Shown: positions 29,291 to 40,125, counted from the first letter of the stretch. The stretch: 64,000 bases of DNA from an uncultured Alphaproteobacteria bacterium (GCA_947258435.1 CAMYID010000022.1:268279-332278), one strand, 5' to 3'. Translations and numbers: made by a program. Notes: generated by a model from the letters alone, not told the origin.

Positions 29291-29934
29291 CTGAAACGGT
29301 GAACGGACCCTTGCGGGTCGGCATTGGCGGGCCTGTCGGCTCGGGCAAGACGGCGCTGATGGATGCGCTGTGCAAGAATATGCGCGAGGATTATGCGCTT
29401 GCCGCGATCACCAACGACATCTATACGCGCGAGGATGCGGAGTTTCTGACCCGGTCCGGCGCCTTGTCGCCTGAGCGTATTCTCGGGGTCGAGACGGGCG
29501 GCTGCCCGCATACCGCGATCCGTGAGGATGCGTCGATCAATCTGGCGGCTGTCGATCAGCTTTCGGGCCGTTTTCCGGGCCTTGATCTGATTCTGATCGA
29601 AAGTGGCGGCGATAATCTGGCGGCGACCTTCTCGCCCGAGCTTGCCGATATCACGATCTATGTGATCGATGTATCCGCCGGCGACAAGATCCCGCGCAAG
29701 GGGGGGCCGGGCATTACCCGCTCGGATCTGCTTGTCATCAACAAGATCGATCTGGCGCCGCTTGTCGGCGCGGATCTTGGTGTGATGGATCGCGATGCGC
29801 GTAAAATGCGCGGGGAAAGGCCGTTTCTGTTCGCCAATATGCGGGCCGGAGAGGGGTTGTCCGATATTGTGGATTTTATCACGCGTGCCGGCGGGCTGGA
29901 AAAATCCGCGCGCCCACTGGACGCCCCGGCGTGA
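29287..29934 (+). CDS. ureG: Urease accessory GTPase UreG
   Basis: [30 protein letters not shown] and NKID. Confidence 0.98.
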   Translation: MTETVNGPLRVGIGGPVGSGKTALMDALCKNMREDYALAAITNDIYTREDAEFLTRSGALSPERILGVETGGCPHTAIREDASINLAAVDQLSGRFPGLDLILIESGGDNLAATFSPELADITIYVIDVSAGDKIPRKGGPGITRSDLLVINKIDLAPLVGADLGVMDRDARKMRGERPFLFANMRAGEGLSDIVDFITRAGGLEKSARPLDAPA

Positions 29935-29977
29935 ACCGATTAGTAGCTACGATAACAGTTGAGAGAGGGAGCAGAAA

Positions 29978-30199
29978 ATGACATCGCGCTTGATGCAGTT
30001 TGCCATCGCCTTGCCGGTATTGTCCGGCGTTACCGCAGCCCACGCCCATCCCGGCGGGCATGGGGAAATTTCCGAATTGACCGCCGCGCTGGGGCATATT
30101 CTGACAAGCCCCTTTCATCTGGGTGCGGGTATCGCCGCCCTGGCGGCCGTCGCCTTTGTGATCTACGGGGTACGTAAATCAAGGACAACGCGTAACTGA
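29978..30199 (+). CDS. Small membrane protein resembling the N-terminus of HupE/UreJ
   Basis: GAGAGGGAG RBS, signal-like stretch ending AHAHPGGHG, then LGHILTSPFHL and one TM helix. Last gene of the urease operon. Confidence 0.6.
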   Translation: MTSRLMQFAIALPVLSGVTAAHAHPGGHGEISELTAALGHILTSPFHLGAGIAALAAVAFVIYGVRKSRTTRN

Positions 30200-32901
30200 T
30201 CTGATTCGCCTTCGACCGGTTCGGTTTCAAAACCGAGCTCGGCCGCAAGCGACAGCATGGCGTGGTTTTCCTTCAGCACATGTCCGGTCAGGATATCGAC
30301 GCCACGGGCGCGGGCGTGATCGATGATATGCTGCATCAACGCAAAGCCAAGGCCTGTGCCCTTTAGCTCGCTGCGCACAAGGACGGCATATTCCGCCAGC
30401 TCATTATCGGGATCGGCGGTCAGACGCACGACACCGGCGATCTCTGCATCGTTGTGCTTGTTGCCGCTCTCCTCATTGCTGCTTTTTTCACCGGCATTGT
30501 CGTTGAGCGCGATGAAGGCCATTTCGCGATCATAGTCGATCTGGGTAAGCCGCGCCGCCAGCCGGTGGCTCATCCGCCGCATCGAGGACATGAAACGCAG
30601 CCTGGCATCTTCGGGGTCGAGCTGTTCGACCATGGCGACAAGGGCGGGCTCGTCCCCGGGCCGGATCGGCCGCAGGGTATAGGTTGCGCCGTTTCCGGCG
30701 GTGATCTTTCCGCTCAGCTCCGCCGGATAGGGGGAGATAGCAAGCCGGTCAGCGCATATCCGTCCCGGCTTGTGGATGCGGATGCGCGCATCGAGCGCCA
30801 TTACCCCCTTGTCCGATGCGATTAGCGGATTGATGTCGAGTTCGGCAATCGCAGGGATATCCGCCACAAGCTGCGAAATCGCAATCAGTGTACCAATTAT
30901 CCCGTCAGTATCGGCGGCTGGCACATCGCGATAGCCGCGCAGCTTGCGGATAACTTTTGTCCGGTCGATCAATTCGCGCGCCAGCACATCGTTAAGCGGC
31001 GGCAGGCCGATTGCCTTGTCAGCCACGATTTCAACCGCCGTGCCCCCTTCCCCGAACAGAATGACCGGGCCGAATGTCGCATCGTCGCTCATCCCCACGA
31101 TCAGCTCGCTTGCCCCTTTCTGGCTGACCATAGGCTGCACCGCGAACCCCTCCAGCTTCGCATCGGGGTGCGATTTGCGCAGCCGGGTCAGCATCGTCTC
31201 GGCGCTGGCGCGCACCGCATCGGCGCCTTCCAGATTGAGAGTCACGCCGCCCGCATCCGATTTATGGGTGATATCGCGCGACACGATTTTGAGCGCCACG
31301 GGCCCCTCGAAGGTATCGGCCAGTGCGCCCGCCTGTTCGGGATCGGGTGCGGTGCGGGTTTCGACAATCGGAATGCGATAGGCGGCCAGCGCCTGTTTCG
31401 CCTCCGCCTCGTTCAGCCATTCGCGGTCTTCCGCCTGTGCCTGGGAGATCAGCGCCTCAACCGCCTGCCGGTCCCCCTGCCCGCCATCGCCACCCGGTGC
31501 CGGGGTCTGCATCAACAGATCCTGATTGCGCCGGTAGCGCACCATATGACTGAAGGCATTGATTGCCTGGCCCGGTGTTTCGTAAGTGGGGATTCCATGC
31601 GCGCGGAACAGCTTGCGTGACGGTTCCGCCCGCGCGCCGCCCAGCCAGCTTGTCAGTACCGGTTTGCGGCTGCCACGCAGATGGCTGGTCACAGCTTCTG
31701 CCGCTTCGACGCTGTCGGCGATAGCGGTCGGGCAGTTCAGCACCACCAGCGCATCGACGCCGGGATCGCGCAGCAGCGCGCCGGTCGCCGCGCCATAGCG
31801 TGTGCCCGGCGCATCGCCGATAATGTCCACCGGATTGCCGTGCGACCAGGTGTGCGGCAGGCTGTCATTGAGCGCCTTGAGTGTGTCCTCGGACAGTTCG
31901 GCAAGCTGGCCCCCCTCATCCATCAGCCGATCGGTCGCAAGCACCCCCATCCCGCCGCCGTTGGTCAGGACGGCCAGCCGCTCACCAACCGGCTGCACCC
32001 CGGCGGCCAGCGTTTCGACCGCATCAAAAAGTTCTTCGAGTTCCCTCACCCGCAGCATACCGGCGCGCCGGAAGGCCGCGTCATAGACCGCATCGCTTCC
32101 CGCCAGCGCGCCGGTATGGGACGCGGCGGCCTTGGCGGCGGCGGCGTGCCGGCCGGCCTTGATCACGATGACGGGTTTAAGGCGCGCGGCGGCGCGGGCG
32201 GCGGACATGAATTTGCGCGCATGAGTGATCGATTCGACATAAAGCAGGATCGCGCTGACCTGCCGGTCGGCAGCGAGATAGTCGAGCATATCGCCGAAAT
32301 CCACATCGGCCATGCCACCCAGCGAGACCATGTGCGAAAAGCCGATGCCACGCCCCTCCGCCCAGTCGAGCACCGATGTCAGCACCGCACCTGACTGGGT
32401 GACGAAGGCGAGATGACCCGACCGTGCGCCGACATGGGCAAAACTTGCATTGAGATGGCAGCCGGGCACCAGAAGTCCGACGCAATTGGGCCCCATCACC
32501 CGCAACAGGTGCGGTTTTGCGGCATCAAGCAGCTGCTGTTGCAGTTTCTGACCCTCCGCCCCCATTTCACCGAAGCCCGCCGTGATCACGATGGCGGCGC
32601 GGGTGCCGCGCGCGCCAAGTTCGGCAATCAGTCCGGGCACCGTGTCGGGCGGGGTGCAGATCACCGCAAGATCGGGGGTTTGGGGCAGGGACGCAACGTC
32701 GCGATAGGCCGCGACCGAGGCGATCGCTTCCCCTTTCGGGTTCACGGGCATAATCGGTCCGGAGAAGATTCCCTTGCCGCCGCCGCGCTGGCCCAGCAGA
32801 TTTTGCGCCAGCACCTGACCCACTGAACCGGGCCGGTTGCTGGCCCCGATCAGTGCGACCGATTGCGGCGCGAACAGATAGTCAAGATTGCGGACCGACA
32901 T
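30163..32901 (-). CDS. pat: Protein lysine acetyltransferase (NDP-forming acyl-CoA synthetase-like + C-terminal GNAT)
   Basis: P.SVALIGAS, GPNCVG, QSGA, SHTGALAGSD, NPVDIIGDA, ATP-grasp-like LKIVSRDITHKSD.GGV, D.TFGPVI and a C-terminal GNAT (TQIDYDREMAF, AEYAVLVRS..KG.GLG). Confidence 0.93.
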   Translation of the reverse strand: MSVRNLDYLFAPQSVALIGASNRPGSVGQVLAQNLLGQRGGGKGIFSGPIMPVNPKGEAIASVAAYRDVASLPQTPDLAVICTPPDTVPGLIAELGARGTRAAIVITAGFGEMGAEGQKLQQQLLDAAKPHLLRVMGPNCVGLLVPGCHLNASFAHVGARSGHLAFVTQSGAVLTSVLDWAEGRGIGFSHMVSLGGMADVDFGDMLDYLAADRQVSAILLYVESITHARKFMSAARAAARLKPVIVIKAGRHAAAAKAAASHTGALAGSDAVYDAAFRRAGMLRVRELEELFDAVETLAAGVQPVGERLAVLTNGGGMGVLATDRLMDEGGQLAELSEDTLKALNDSLPHTWSHGNPVDIIGDAPGTRYGAATGALLRDPGVDALVVLNCPTAIADSVEAAEAVTSHLRGSRKPVLTSWLGGARAEPSRKLFRAHGIPTYETPGQAINAFSHMVRYRRNQDLLMQTPAPGGDGGQGDRQAVEALISQAQAEDREWLNEAEAKQALAAYRIPIVETRTAPDPEQAGALADTFEGPVALKIVSRDITHKSDAGGVTLNLEGADAVRASAETMLTRLRKSHPDAKLEGFAVQPMVSQKGASELIVGMSDDATFGPVILFGEGGTAVEIVADKAIGLPPLNDVLARELIDRTKVIRKLRGYRDVPAADTDGIIGTLIAISQLVADIPAIAELDINPLIASDKGVMALDARIRIHKPGRICADRLAISPYPAELSGKITAGNGATYTLRPIRPGDEPALVAMVEQLDPEDARLRFMSSMRRMSHRLAARLTQIDYDREMAFIALNDNAGEKSSNEESGNKHNDAEIAGVVRLTADPDNELAEYAVLVRSELKGTGLGFALMQHIIDHARARGVDILTGHVLKENHAMLSLAAELGFETEPVEGESDQLRVVLDLRTP

Positions 32902-33256
32902 GAATTCCTGTCCTTTTTACTGCTTTTTCCGTCGCCAGAGACGATCATGTTAGTTATATGCGGCATTGAGGCGAAAAAATAAGATGACAGAACAATATAA
33001 CCTCTTGATGACGCGCCGGGCCCGGCTTTGTGCATTGTTCGTTTTGCCGCCGGGGTGATCTTGCCCTGCCAGGTACGGGTGCCGGCCTGCGGTTTTTCGA
33101 TGTGGCGCATGCCGAACTGGCGCGCGCATTGCAGCATTGGCTGCGACAGTGCGTTCCTGGCGGCATGGTGGCGGAGAAAAGATGATCGCCGCACGCTGGA
33201 TAGCGATATGCAAAGGTCCCCGGATTCCACAAGGGAAGACAAAGCGAGACAGCGCG

Positions 33257-33295
33257 TACAGCCAGCGCACTGACGCACTGGCGCGCTGGCGTGTA
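33257..33295. terminator. Inverted repeat downstream of the SDR gene
   Basis: TACA-GCCAGCGC...GCGCTGGC-GTGTA stem, 15 nt past the SDR stop. No U tract. Confidence 0.35.
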
Positions 33296-33309
33296 TAGCG
33301 TGGGCCGGA

Positions 33310-34134
33310 TCAGGCGATCAGCTCGGCGGCGTTCAGCCCGAACTCCTGCATCATATCGTCGGCATAGGTGATCCGGCCTGATAGCTCCTGCGCAGGTGAG
33401 TGCGACAGCCGCAGGCATGCCTCCGCCATATGTTCGACAGGGGTTGCCATATCCTTGTTTGAGTCATTGATCAGCTTGTGATGCACAACCCCCGGCGTGG
33501 CGACAAGTCCCGGCGCGATCACATTGACCGCGATATTGTCGCGATAAAGTTCTGAGGCAAGTCCGGTGGTGAAACGTTCAAGCGCGGCCTTGCACATGCC
33601 GTAAACCGTGCCCCCTGCGCCGATTGCCGCCTGGTCGGGCTTGGGGTGCAGCGCGGCATGGGAAGAAACATTGATGATCCAGCCCGCGCCTTTTTCACGC
33701 ATGCCCGGGATGACCATCTGCGACAGATGGAAGGGCGCGTAAACCTGCACCTCGAGCATCAGTTTGAAGCGGTTTTCGGTGAATTTCGCGACCGGCATGA
33801 AATAGGTGATCGCCGCATTGTTGCACAGGATATCGACCGGCCCGAAACATTCCTCGGTGGTTTTGATCAGCCTTTCGCGATCTTCCGGCCTGGCAAGATC
33901 GCATTGCACCGCGATCGCCTGTCCGCCCGCATCGTTGATCCTCTGTGTGACCGCATTGATGCTGCCGGGCAGCGCGTGATCGCCTTCTTCCACCGTGCGC
34001 GCGGAGATGACAACCTTCGCCCCCTCCATCGCATAGCGGATCGCCACCGCCTCGCCAATGCCGCGCGAGGCGCCGGTCACCACCGCCACCTTGCCCGCCA
34101 GAATGCCGTTCTTGTCGATTGCCGTCATTGCCAC
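33310..34134 (-). CDS. Short-chain dehydrogenase/reductase
   Basis: TGASRGIG, DILCNNAA, NVSS and catalytic YGMCK (YxxxK). Confidence 0.93.
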   Translation of the reverse strand: MAMTAIDKNGILAGKVAVVTGASRGIGEAVAIRYAMEGAKVVISARTVEEGDHALPGSINAVTQRINDAGGQAIAVQCDLARPEDRERLIKTTEECFGPVDILCNNAAITYFMPVAKFTENRFKLMLEVQVYAPFHLSQMVIPGMREKGAGWIINVSSHAALHPKPDQAAIGAGGTVYGMCKAALERFTTGLASELYRDNIAVNVIAPGLVATPGVVHHKLINDSNKDMATPVEHMAEACLRLSHSPAQELSGRITYADDMMQEFGLNAAELIA

Positions 34135-34360
34135 TGCTCCCCTGAATGTACGGGCCTGCGGGATTATTTGCCCCGGGCCTTGTTATGTGCTGAAGCCCAT
34201 CACAGACGGCGCCCCGGCGCAAGCCGCAGCCCGACTGCACAGCCCTTTCGCTGTTTGTCCAATTCCCGTGGCGATGACGCTGCGGGGTTGTTATAAGGCG
34301 GCCAAGGGCCCGCTCTGCACGCGGGTGACGCGATTTCAACAGCGGGAGACAGAGACAGGC

Positions 34361-35416
34361 ATGGCTGCGCAAAAGACCAATCCGGGCAATTATTTCGAGG
34401 ACTTTTCGGTTGGCCAGTTTCTGCGCCATGCCACCCCGCGCACTGTGAGCGAAGGCGATGCGGCGGTTTATATGGCGTTGTTCGGGCCGCGTTTTCCGCT
34501 GACCTCGTCCGATGAATTCGCCCGCGCCATCGGCCTGCCGCGCGCGCCCAGCGATGATCTGCTCGCCTTCCATATCGCGTTCGGCAAGACGGTTCCCGAT
34601 ATCTCGCTGAATGCGGTCGCCAATCTGGGCTATGCGGATTGCCGCTTTGTGACCCCGGTCTATCCCGGCGATACGATTAGCACGAGCTCCGAAGTGATCG
34701 GTTTGCGGCAATTATCCAATGGCAAGTCGGGCATCGTCTATGTGCGCTCCACTGCGGTCAATCAGCGGCATGAAGTCGTCATTGAATATGTGCGCTGGGT
34801 GATGGTGCGCAAGCGTGATGCGGCAGCGCCCGCGCCTGAAACGCAGATTCCCGATTTGCCCGAAGCGGTGGCCCCCGATCAGCTTGTGGTGCCCGAAGGG
34901 CTCAGCCTTGCGGGATATGATACCGGTCTCGCCGGCAGCCCGCATCTGTGGGACGATTATACGGTGGGCGAGAAGATCGATCATGTGGATGGCATGACGA
35001 TTGAGGAAGCCGAGCATATGATGGCGACCCGGCTTTACCAGAATACCGCCAAGGTGCATTTCAACCAGTTCATGCAGAATAACGACAAGGCGGGCAGGCG
35101 GCTGATCTATGGCGGGCATGTGATCAGTCTGGCGCGGGCCTTGAGCTATAACGGGCTGGGCAACGCCTTCAAGATCGCCGCAATCAATGCAGGACAGCAT
35201 GTCGCCCCCTGCTATGCCGGGGATACGGTGTTTGCCTGGTCGGAAATCCTCGACAAGGCGGAACTGCCCGGACGCAGCGATCTGGGGGCGCTGCGTGTGC
35301 GCGGCTTTGCCACCAAGGATCTGCCGGCGGCCGATTTCCCCGGCAAGACAGAGGACGGGCATGCGGCTGGCGTGATCCTCGATCTCGATTACTGGGTGCT
35401 GATGCCGCGTCGCTGA
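34361..35416 (+). CDS. mch: Mesaconyl-CoA hydratase (double MaoC hot-dog fold)
   Basis: KTNPGNYFEDF.VGQ..RHATPRT, HIAFGKTVPDISLNAVANLGY, LYQNTAKVHF, YGGHVISLARALSYNG and LDLDYW. Sits next to sdh as in ethylmalonyl-CoA-pathway alphaproteobacteria. Start moved to 34361. Confidence 0.88.
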   Translation: MAAQKTNPGNYFEDFSVGQFLRHATPRTVSEGDAAVYMALFGPRFPLTSSDEFARAIGLPRAPSDDLLAFHIAFGKTVPDISLNAVANLGYADCRFVTPVYPGDTISTSSEVIGLRQLSNGKSGIVYVRSTAVNQRHEVVIEYVRWVMVRKRDAAAPAPETQIPDLPEAVAPDQLVVPEGLSLAGYDTGLAGSPHLWDDYTVGEKIDHVDGMTIEEAEHMMATRLYQNTAKVHFNQFMQNNDKAGRRLIYGGHVISLARALSYNGLGNAFKIAAINAGQHVAPCYAGDTVFAWSEILDKAELPGRSDLGALRVRGFATKDLPAADFPGKTEDGHAAGVILDLDYWVLMPRR

Positions 35417-35506
35417 AGGGGGTTGCGAACTGTGCCAGCGATTGCATGATGCGGGACAGCTGGGAATATGCCGGGTAATTTCTGTGCGCGAAAGCGGCAA
35501 GGAAGA

Positions 35507-35534
35507 TTGACTTCGCGTAACCGGTGCTTACTAT
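35507..35534 (+). promoter_or_regulatory. Putative sigma70 promoter of sdhCDAB
   Basis: TTGACT-N16-TACTAT, about 107 nt upstream of the sdhC ATG. Confidence 0.5.
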
Positions 35535-35640
35535 CGCGCCGGAAATATGGCATATCTTACTGTGTTCGCACAAAAAACCGATTACAATAGTGCGGCGAAT
35601 TCGGGAAACCGGATACAGGATACATCGGAGGGGGCCAGCA

Positions 35641-36057
35641 ATGGCGGAAACACAAGAAGGCGCGCCCCGTCGCGCGCGGCCCATGGCGCCGCATTTGCAG
35701 ATCTATCGCTGGAAGATCACCATGGCGGCGTCAATCACCCACCGCATCACAGGTGTTGGGATTGCGATCGGTACCCTGCTTCTGACCTGCTGGCTGCTGG
35801 CGCTGGCCGGCGGTCCGGAAGCCTATGACGGCATTCAGGGATTTCTGGGGAGCTGGTTCGGCCGGCTGCTCATGTTCGGCTTCACCTGGGCGCTGATGTA
35901 CCATATGTGCAACGGCATCCGGCATCTTGTCTGGGACACCGGTCGCGGCTTCGAACCGGCAACCGCGGATAAGAGTGCAATGGCGGTAATCGGCGGCTCG
36001 GTGCTGCTGACCGTTATCGCCTGGGTGCTGGCCTATGCAATGGGAGGGAATGGCTGA
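35641..36057 (+). CDS. sdhC: Succinate dehydrogenase cytochrome b556 subunit
   Basis: RPMAPHLQIYR, SITHRITG and HMCNGIRHLVWD. Confidence 0.96.
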   Translation: MAETQEGAPRRARPMAPHLQIYRWKITMAASITHRITGVGIAIGTLLLTCWLLALAGGPEAYDGIQGFLGSWFGRLLMFGFTWALMYHMCNGIRHLVWDTGRGFEPATADKSAMAVIGGSVLLTVIAWVLAYAMGGNG

Positions 36058-36467
36058 TGGCGTTCAAGACCCCGATGGGCCGTGTGCGCGGCCATGGCGC
36101 GGCGCGCGCCGGGACGCAGACTTTCTGGCATCAGCGGCTGACCGCGCTGGCGCTTGTGCCGCTGACATTGTTCTTCGTCGCGGCAATGATCACGATCACC
36201 GGCAAAAGCCATGCCGAGGCGGCGGCTTATGTCGGATCGCCGCTTGTCGCGGTGCTGCTGCTTGCCTTTCTCGTGATCGGTTTTTACCACATGAAGCTCG
36301 GTCTTGCCCATGTGGTGGAAGATTATGTGCATGGCGAGCTGACAAAGATCGGGCTTATCGTGCTCATCAATCTCGGTACGCTGCTGCTCGGGCTTGCCTG
36401 TGTCTATTCGGTGCTGAAACTCGGCTTCGGGCCGGCTGTTTCGATCGATATCACGACACCGCTTTAG
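36057..36467 (+). CDS. sdhD: Succinate dehydrogenase membrane anchor
   Basis: FWHQRLTA.AL and HMKLGL.HVVEDYVH. Confidence 0.95.
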   Translation: MAFKTPMGRVRGHGAARAGTQTFWHQRLTALALVPLTLFFVAAMITITGKSHAEAAAYVGSPLVAVLLLAFLVIGFYHMKLGLAHVVEDYVHGELTKIGLIVLINLGTLLLGLACVYSVLKLGFGPAVSIDITTPL

Positions 36468-36524
36468 GCCTGTTTCAGGCCTGCATATGGCCCCGTTTTC
36501 AAGGATGAAGGACGCGCAACGCTC

Positions 36525-38315
36525 ATGACTGCCTATCCCATTACTGATCATAGCTATGACGTGGTTGTCGTCGGCGCCGGTGGTTCGGGCCTCCGCGCGA
36601 CGCTCGGCTGCGCGCAGGCGGGACTCCGGACCGTCAATATCACCAAGGTCTTCCCGACCCGCAGCCATACGGTCGCGGCGCAGGGCGGCATTTCCGCCTC
36701 GCTGGGCAATATGATGGAAGATGACTGGCGCTGGCACATGTTCGATACCGTCAAGGGGTCGGACTGGCTCGGCGATCAGGATGCCATCGAATATCTGTGC
36801 CGTGAGGCGCCGACCGCAGTGTATGAGCTGGAGCATTTCGGGGTGCCCTTTTCGCGCACCGAGGAAGGCAAGATCTATCAGCGCGCCTTTGGCGGCATGA
36901 CAACCGAATATGGCGAAGGCCCCGCCGCACTGCGCACCTGCGCGGCGGCCGACCGGACCGGCCACGCCATGCTTCACACCCTTTACGGGCAAAGCGTGCG
37001 CCATAATGCGGAGTTCATGATCGAATATTTCGTTATTGATCTCATCATGGATGAAGAAGGCGCCTGCCGCGGGGTGGTGGCGATCTGCATGGATGATGGC
37101 ACCATTCACCGCATTCGCGCCAAGCTGACAATTCTGGCGACCGGCGGCTACGGGCGGACCTATTTCTCCTGCACCTCGGCCCATACCTGCACCGGCGACG
37201 GCAATGGCATGGTGCTGCGCGCGGGACTGCCGCTGCAGGATATGGAGTTCATCCAGTTCCACCCGACCGGCATTTACGGGGCGGGCTGCCTGATTACCGA
37301 AGGTGCGCGCGGCGAAGGTGGCTATGTCACCAATTCCGAAGGCGAACGGTTCATGGAACGCTATGCGCCGAGCGCCAAGGATCTGGCGAGCCGCGATGTG
37401 GTCAGCCGCTCAATGACGATCGAAATCCGCGAAGGGCGCGGCGTCGGGCCGAACAAGGATCATATTTATCTGCATCTTGATCATCTCGATCCGGCGATCC
37501 TGGCAGAACGTCTGCCCGGTATTTCCGAATCGGCGCGGATTTTTGCCGGCGTCGATGTGACCAAGGAACCGATCCCGGTTCTGCCGACGGTGCATTACAA
37601 TATGGGCGGCATCCAGACCAACTTCCATGGCGAGGTGGTGACCCTGAAAGATGGTAACCCCGACCAGGTGGTGCCCGGTCTGATGGCGGTGGGCGAGGCG
37701 GCCTGTGTATCGGTACACGGGGCAAACCGGCTCGGATCGAACTCGCTGATCGATCTGGTGGTGTTTGGCCGTGCCGCCGGTCTGCGCGCGGCGCAGATCG
37801 TCGATCCGGACGAGAAGCAGCGCGATCTGCCCGCCGATGCCGGGGAGATGGCGCTGTCGCGGCTCGACGCGGCGCGGCATGCCAATGGCAGCACCTCGAC
37901 CGCGGAACTGCGGCTCAAGATGCAGCGCATCATGCAGAATAACTGTGCTGTGTTCCGCACGGGCGAGGTGCTTGAGGAAGGCGTCAAGCTGATCAAGGAA
38001 GTCTATGACGCGCGCAATGATCTGAAGACTTTCGATCGCTCGCTGATCTGGAATTCCGATCTGATCGAGACGCTGGAATTCGACAATCTGATCCGCCAGG
38101 CAATGGTGGCCATGTACAGTGCGGAAAACCGCAAGGAAAGCCGCGGTGCCCATGCGCGGGAAGATTATCCCGACCGCGATGATGAAAACTGGATGAAGCA
38201 TACGCTCGCCTGGCTCGACGAGGACGGGACGGTGCGGATGGAATATCGTCCGGTGCACAGCTACACCCTGTCGAACGACATTGAATATATTAAACCCAAG
38301 GCGCGCGTGTACTGA
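36525..38315 (+). CDS. sdhA: Succinate dehydrogenase flavoprotein
   Basis: [18 protein letters not shown] (covalent FAD His), [17 protein letters not shown] and [11 protein letters not shown]. Confidence 0.99.
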   Translation: MTAYPITDHSYDVVVVGAGGSGLRATLGCAQAGLRTVNITKVFPTRSHTVAAQGGISASLGNMMEDDWRWHMFDTVKGSDWLGDQDAIEYLCREAPTAVYELEHFGVPFSRTEEGKIYQRAFGGMTTEYGEGPAALRTCAAADRTGHAMLHTLYGQSVRHNAEFMIEYFVIDLIMDEEGACRGVVAICMDDGTIHRIRAKLTILATGGYGRTYFSCTSAHTCTGDGNGMVLRAGLPLQDMEFIQFHPTGIYGAGCLITEGARGEGGYVTNSEGERFMERYAPSAKDLASRDVVSRSMTIEIREGRGVGPNKDHIYLHLDHLDPAILAERLPGISESARIFAGVDVTKEPIPVLPTVHYNMGGIQTNFHGEVVTLKDGNPDQVVPGLMAVGEAACVSVHGANRLGSNSLIDLVVFGRAAGLRAAQIVDPDEKQRDLPADAGEMALSRLDAARHANGSTSTAELRLKMQRIMQNNCAVFRTGEVLEEGVKLIKEVYDARNDLKTFDRSLIWNSDLIETLEFDNLIRQAMVAMYSAENRKESRGAHAREDYPDRDDENWMKHTLAWLDEDGTVRMEYRPVHSYTLSNDIEYIKPKARVY

Positions 38316-38371
38316 TCCACACGTTCGCCGGTCAACAGCTTAAGGCGCAAGCCAAAGAGGGGGATCGGTCC

Positions 38372-39151
38372 ATGGTTGAGTTCGCTCTGCCGAAAAATTC
38401 CAAGGTCCAGAAGGGCAAGACCCATGCGGCGCCCGAAGGAGCCAGTAATATCCGCAAGTTCCAGGTCTATCGCTGGAGCCCGGATGACGGCGATAACCCG
38501 CGTGTCGACACCTATGAGGTGGATATGGACAGTTGCGGGCCGATGGTGCTTGACGCGCTGATCAAGATCAAGAACGAGATGGATCCCACCCTGACCTTCC
38601 GGCGTTCCTGCCGCGAAGGGGTGTGCGGTTCCTGCGCGATGAACATTGACGGCATGAACACCCTGGCCTGCACCAAGGGCATGGATGAGATCAGCGGCGA
38701 TGTGAAGGTCTATCCCCTGCCGCATACCGATGTTGTGAAGGATCTGGTGCCCGATCTTTCCACCTTTTATGCGCAATATGCCTCGATCAAACCCTATCTG
38801 CAGACGGTCAGCCCCGAGCCGCAGAAGGAATGGCGCCAAAGCTATGAAGACCGGCAGAAGCTTGACGGGCTTTACGAATGCATTCTGTGCGCCTGTTGCT
38901 CGACAAGCTGCCCGAGCTACTGGTGGAACGGTGATCGCTATCTCGGCCCGGCAGCCTTGCTGCAGGCCTATCGCTGGTTGATCGACAGCCGCGACGAGGC
39001 AACCGGCGAACGGCTTGATGATCTTGAAGATCCGTTCCGGCTGTATCGCTGCATCACCATCATGAACTGCGCGCAGACCTGCCCCAAGGGGCTTAACCCC
39101 GCGCGCGCCATCGCCGAAATCAAGAAGATGATGGTCGAACGGCAGGTCTAG
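38372..39151 (+). CDS. sdhB: Succinate dehydrogenase iron-sulfur subunit
   Basis: [24 protein letters not shown] and [12 protein letters not shown]. Confidence 0.99.
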   Translation: MVEFALPKNSKVQKGKTHAAPEGASNIRKFQVYRWSPDDGDNPRVDTYEVDMDSCGPMVLDALIKIKNEMDPTLTFRRSCREGVCGSCAMNIDGMNTLACTKGMDEISGDVKVYPLPHTDVVKDLVPDLSTFYAQYASIKPYLQTVSPEPQKEWRQSYEDRQKLDGLYECILCACCSTSCPSYWWNGDRYLGPAALLQAYRWLIDSRDEATGERLDDLEDPFRLYRCITIMNCAQTCPKGLNPARAIAEIKKMMVERQV

Positions 39152-39271
39152 GACCGATTATTACCGTAACGACATACTGCGGTGACATGTTACGGTGGTT
39201 GTGGTCACGGCCCGCCAGGCGAAATCCGCCGCGCGGGCCGTTTCATTTGCGGGTCAATTTCTCCTGCAGCG

Positions 39272-40105
39272 TTATTTTTCAGAGCCGCGTCCCGCCACAT
39301 CTTCTGACAGGTCCACATCCATCATCTCAAGATTGCGCTGTGCGGCGGTTGCCGCGGCCCCGTCTTCCGTCAGCGTGAGCAGTTTAAGCCAGTCGCGCCG
39401 CGCTGTGTCGTCGCGCCCGGCCAGCCGGTGCAGAATGCCGCGCTCAAGCAGCGCTTCGGGCCGCGCCGGATCAAGCGCAAGCGCCGTCTCGATATCCTCA
39501 AAAGCCGCGTCGGACCGTTCGAGAAACCGCCGTGCGGTTGCGCGAAAAATATAGCCATCCACCCGGTCCGGCGCGAGGCTGAGGCTTGCGCTCAGATCTG
39601 CTTCGGCCGCCGCCCATTGCGCCTGCGCGGCCAGCGCGCGCGCCCGGTCGATCAGTATATCGGCCCGCGCCGGCGCCGCCTCGGGCAGCAGGGCAAGCGC
39701 GGCGCTCAGGGCGGAATAGGCGCGGTCTGGCCGGTCGGCAAGCAGCCATGCATTGCCCGCCTGACCGAGCATTGCGGGCCGCATACTGGCGTGCGCGGCA
39801 GACCGCGTTACCGTCTGATCGGCAAGCGCTTCAAGCCGCTCGGCGGCGGCGGCATATTCCTCAAGCGCGATCAGCGCCAGCGCGGCGCAATGGCGGGCCG
39901 GAACGCCACCTCCCTGATCGCGCCAGATCAGCGCCTCGTCGAAGGCCTGATTCGGATTGAACTCGATTTCCGAAAGGCAGCGCTGATAAGCGGCTTGTTC
40001 CCCCGGCTGCGCGGCGGTCAACGGTGCGGTTGGCATCAGGGCCGCGCACAGTATCAGGAGGACGGGAACAGGGCGTGTACGCCCGGCTTGTCGGCAGAAC
40101 ATCAT
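39272..40105 (-). CDS. Exported tetratricopeptide-repeat protein
   Basis: Signal peptide (VLLILCAALM..PLTAA) and TPR-like repeats (GQAGNAWL, LIDRARAL, ALLERGIL). The ORF-track extension to 40741 is antisense to the next gene. Confidence 0.8.
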   Translation of the reverse strand: MMFCRQAGRTRPVPVLLILCAALMPTAPLTAAQPGEQAAYQRCLSEIEFNPNQAFDEALIWRDQGGGVPARHCAALALIALEEYAAAAERLEALADQTVTRSAAHASMRPAMLGQAGNAWLLADRPDRAYSALSAALALLPEAAPARADILIDRARALAAQAQWAAAEADLSASLSLAPDRVDGYIFRATARRFLERSDAAFEDIETALALDPARPEALLERGILHRLAGRDDTARRDWLKLLTLTEDGAAATAAQRNLEMMDVDLSEDVAGRGSEK

Positions 40106-40125
40106 GCGCGGTAAGGTCGGCGCAA

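Noticed and set aside
32902-33309. Possible small ORFs in the pat-SDR spacer (33028-33273, and a 51-aa GTG frame from 33030 with a PilZ-like GAGLRFFD fragment)
   Set aside because: No RBS, the frames conflict, and the resemblance covers too few residues. More likely promoter and terminator space.
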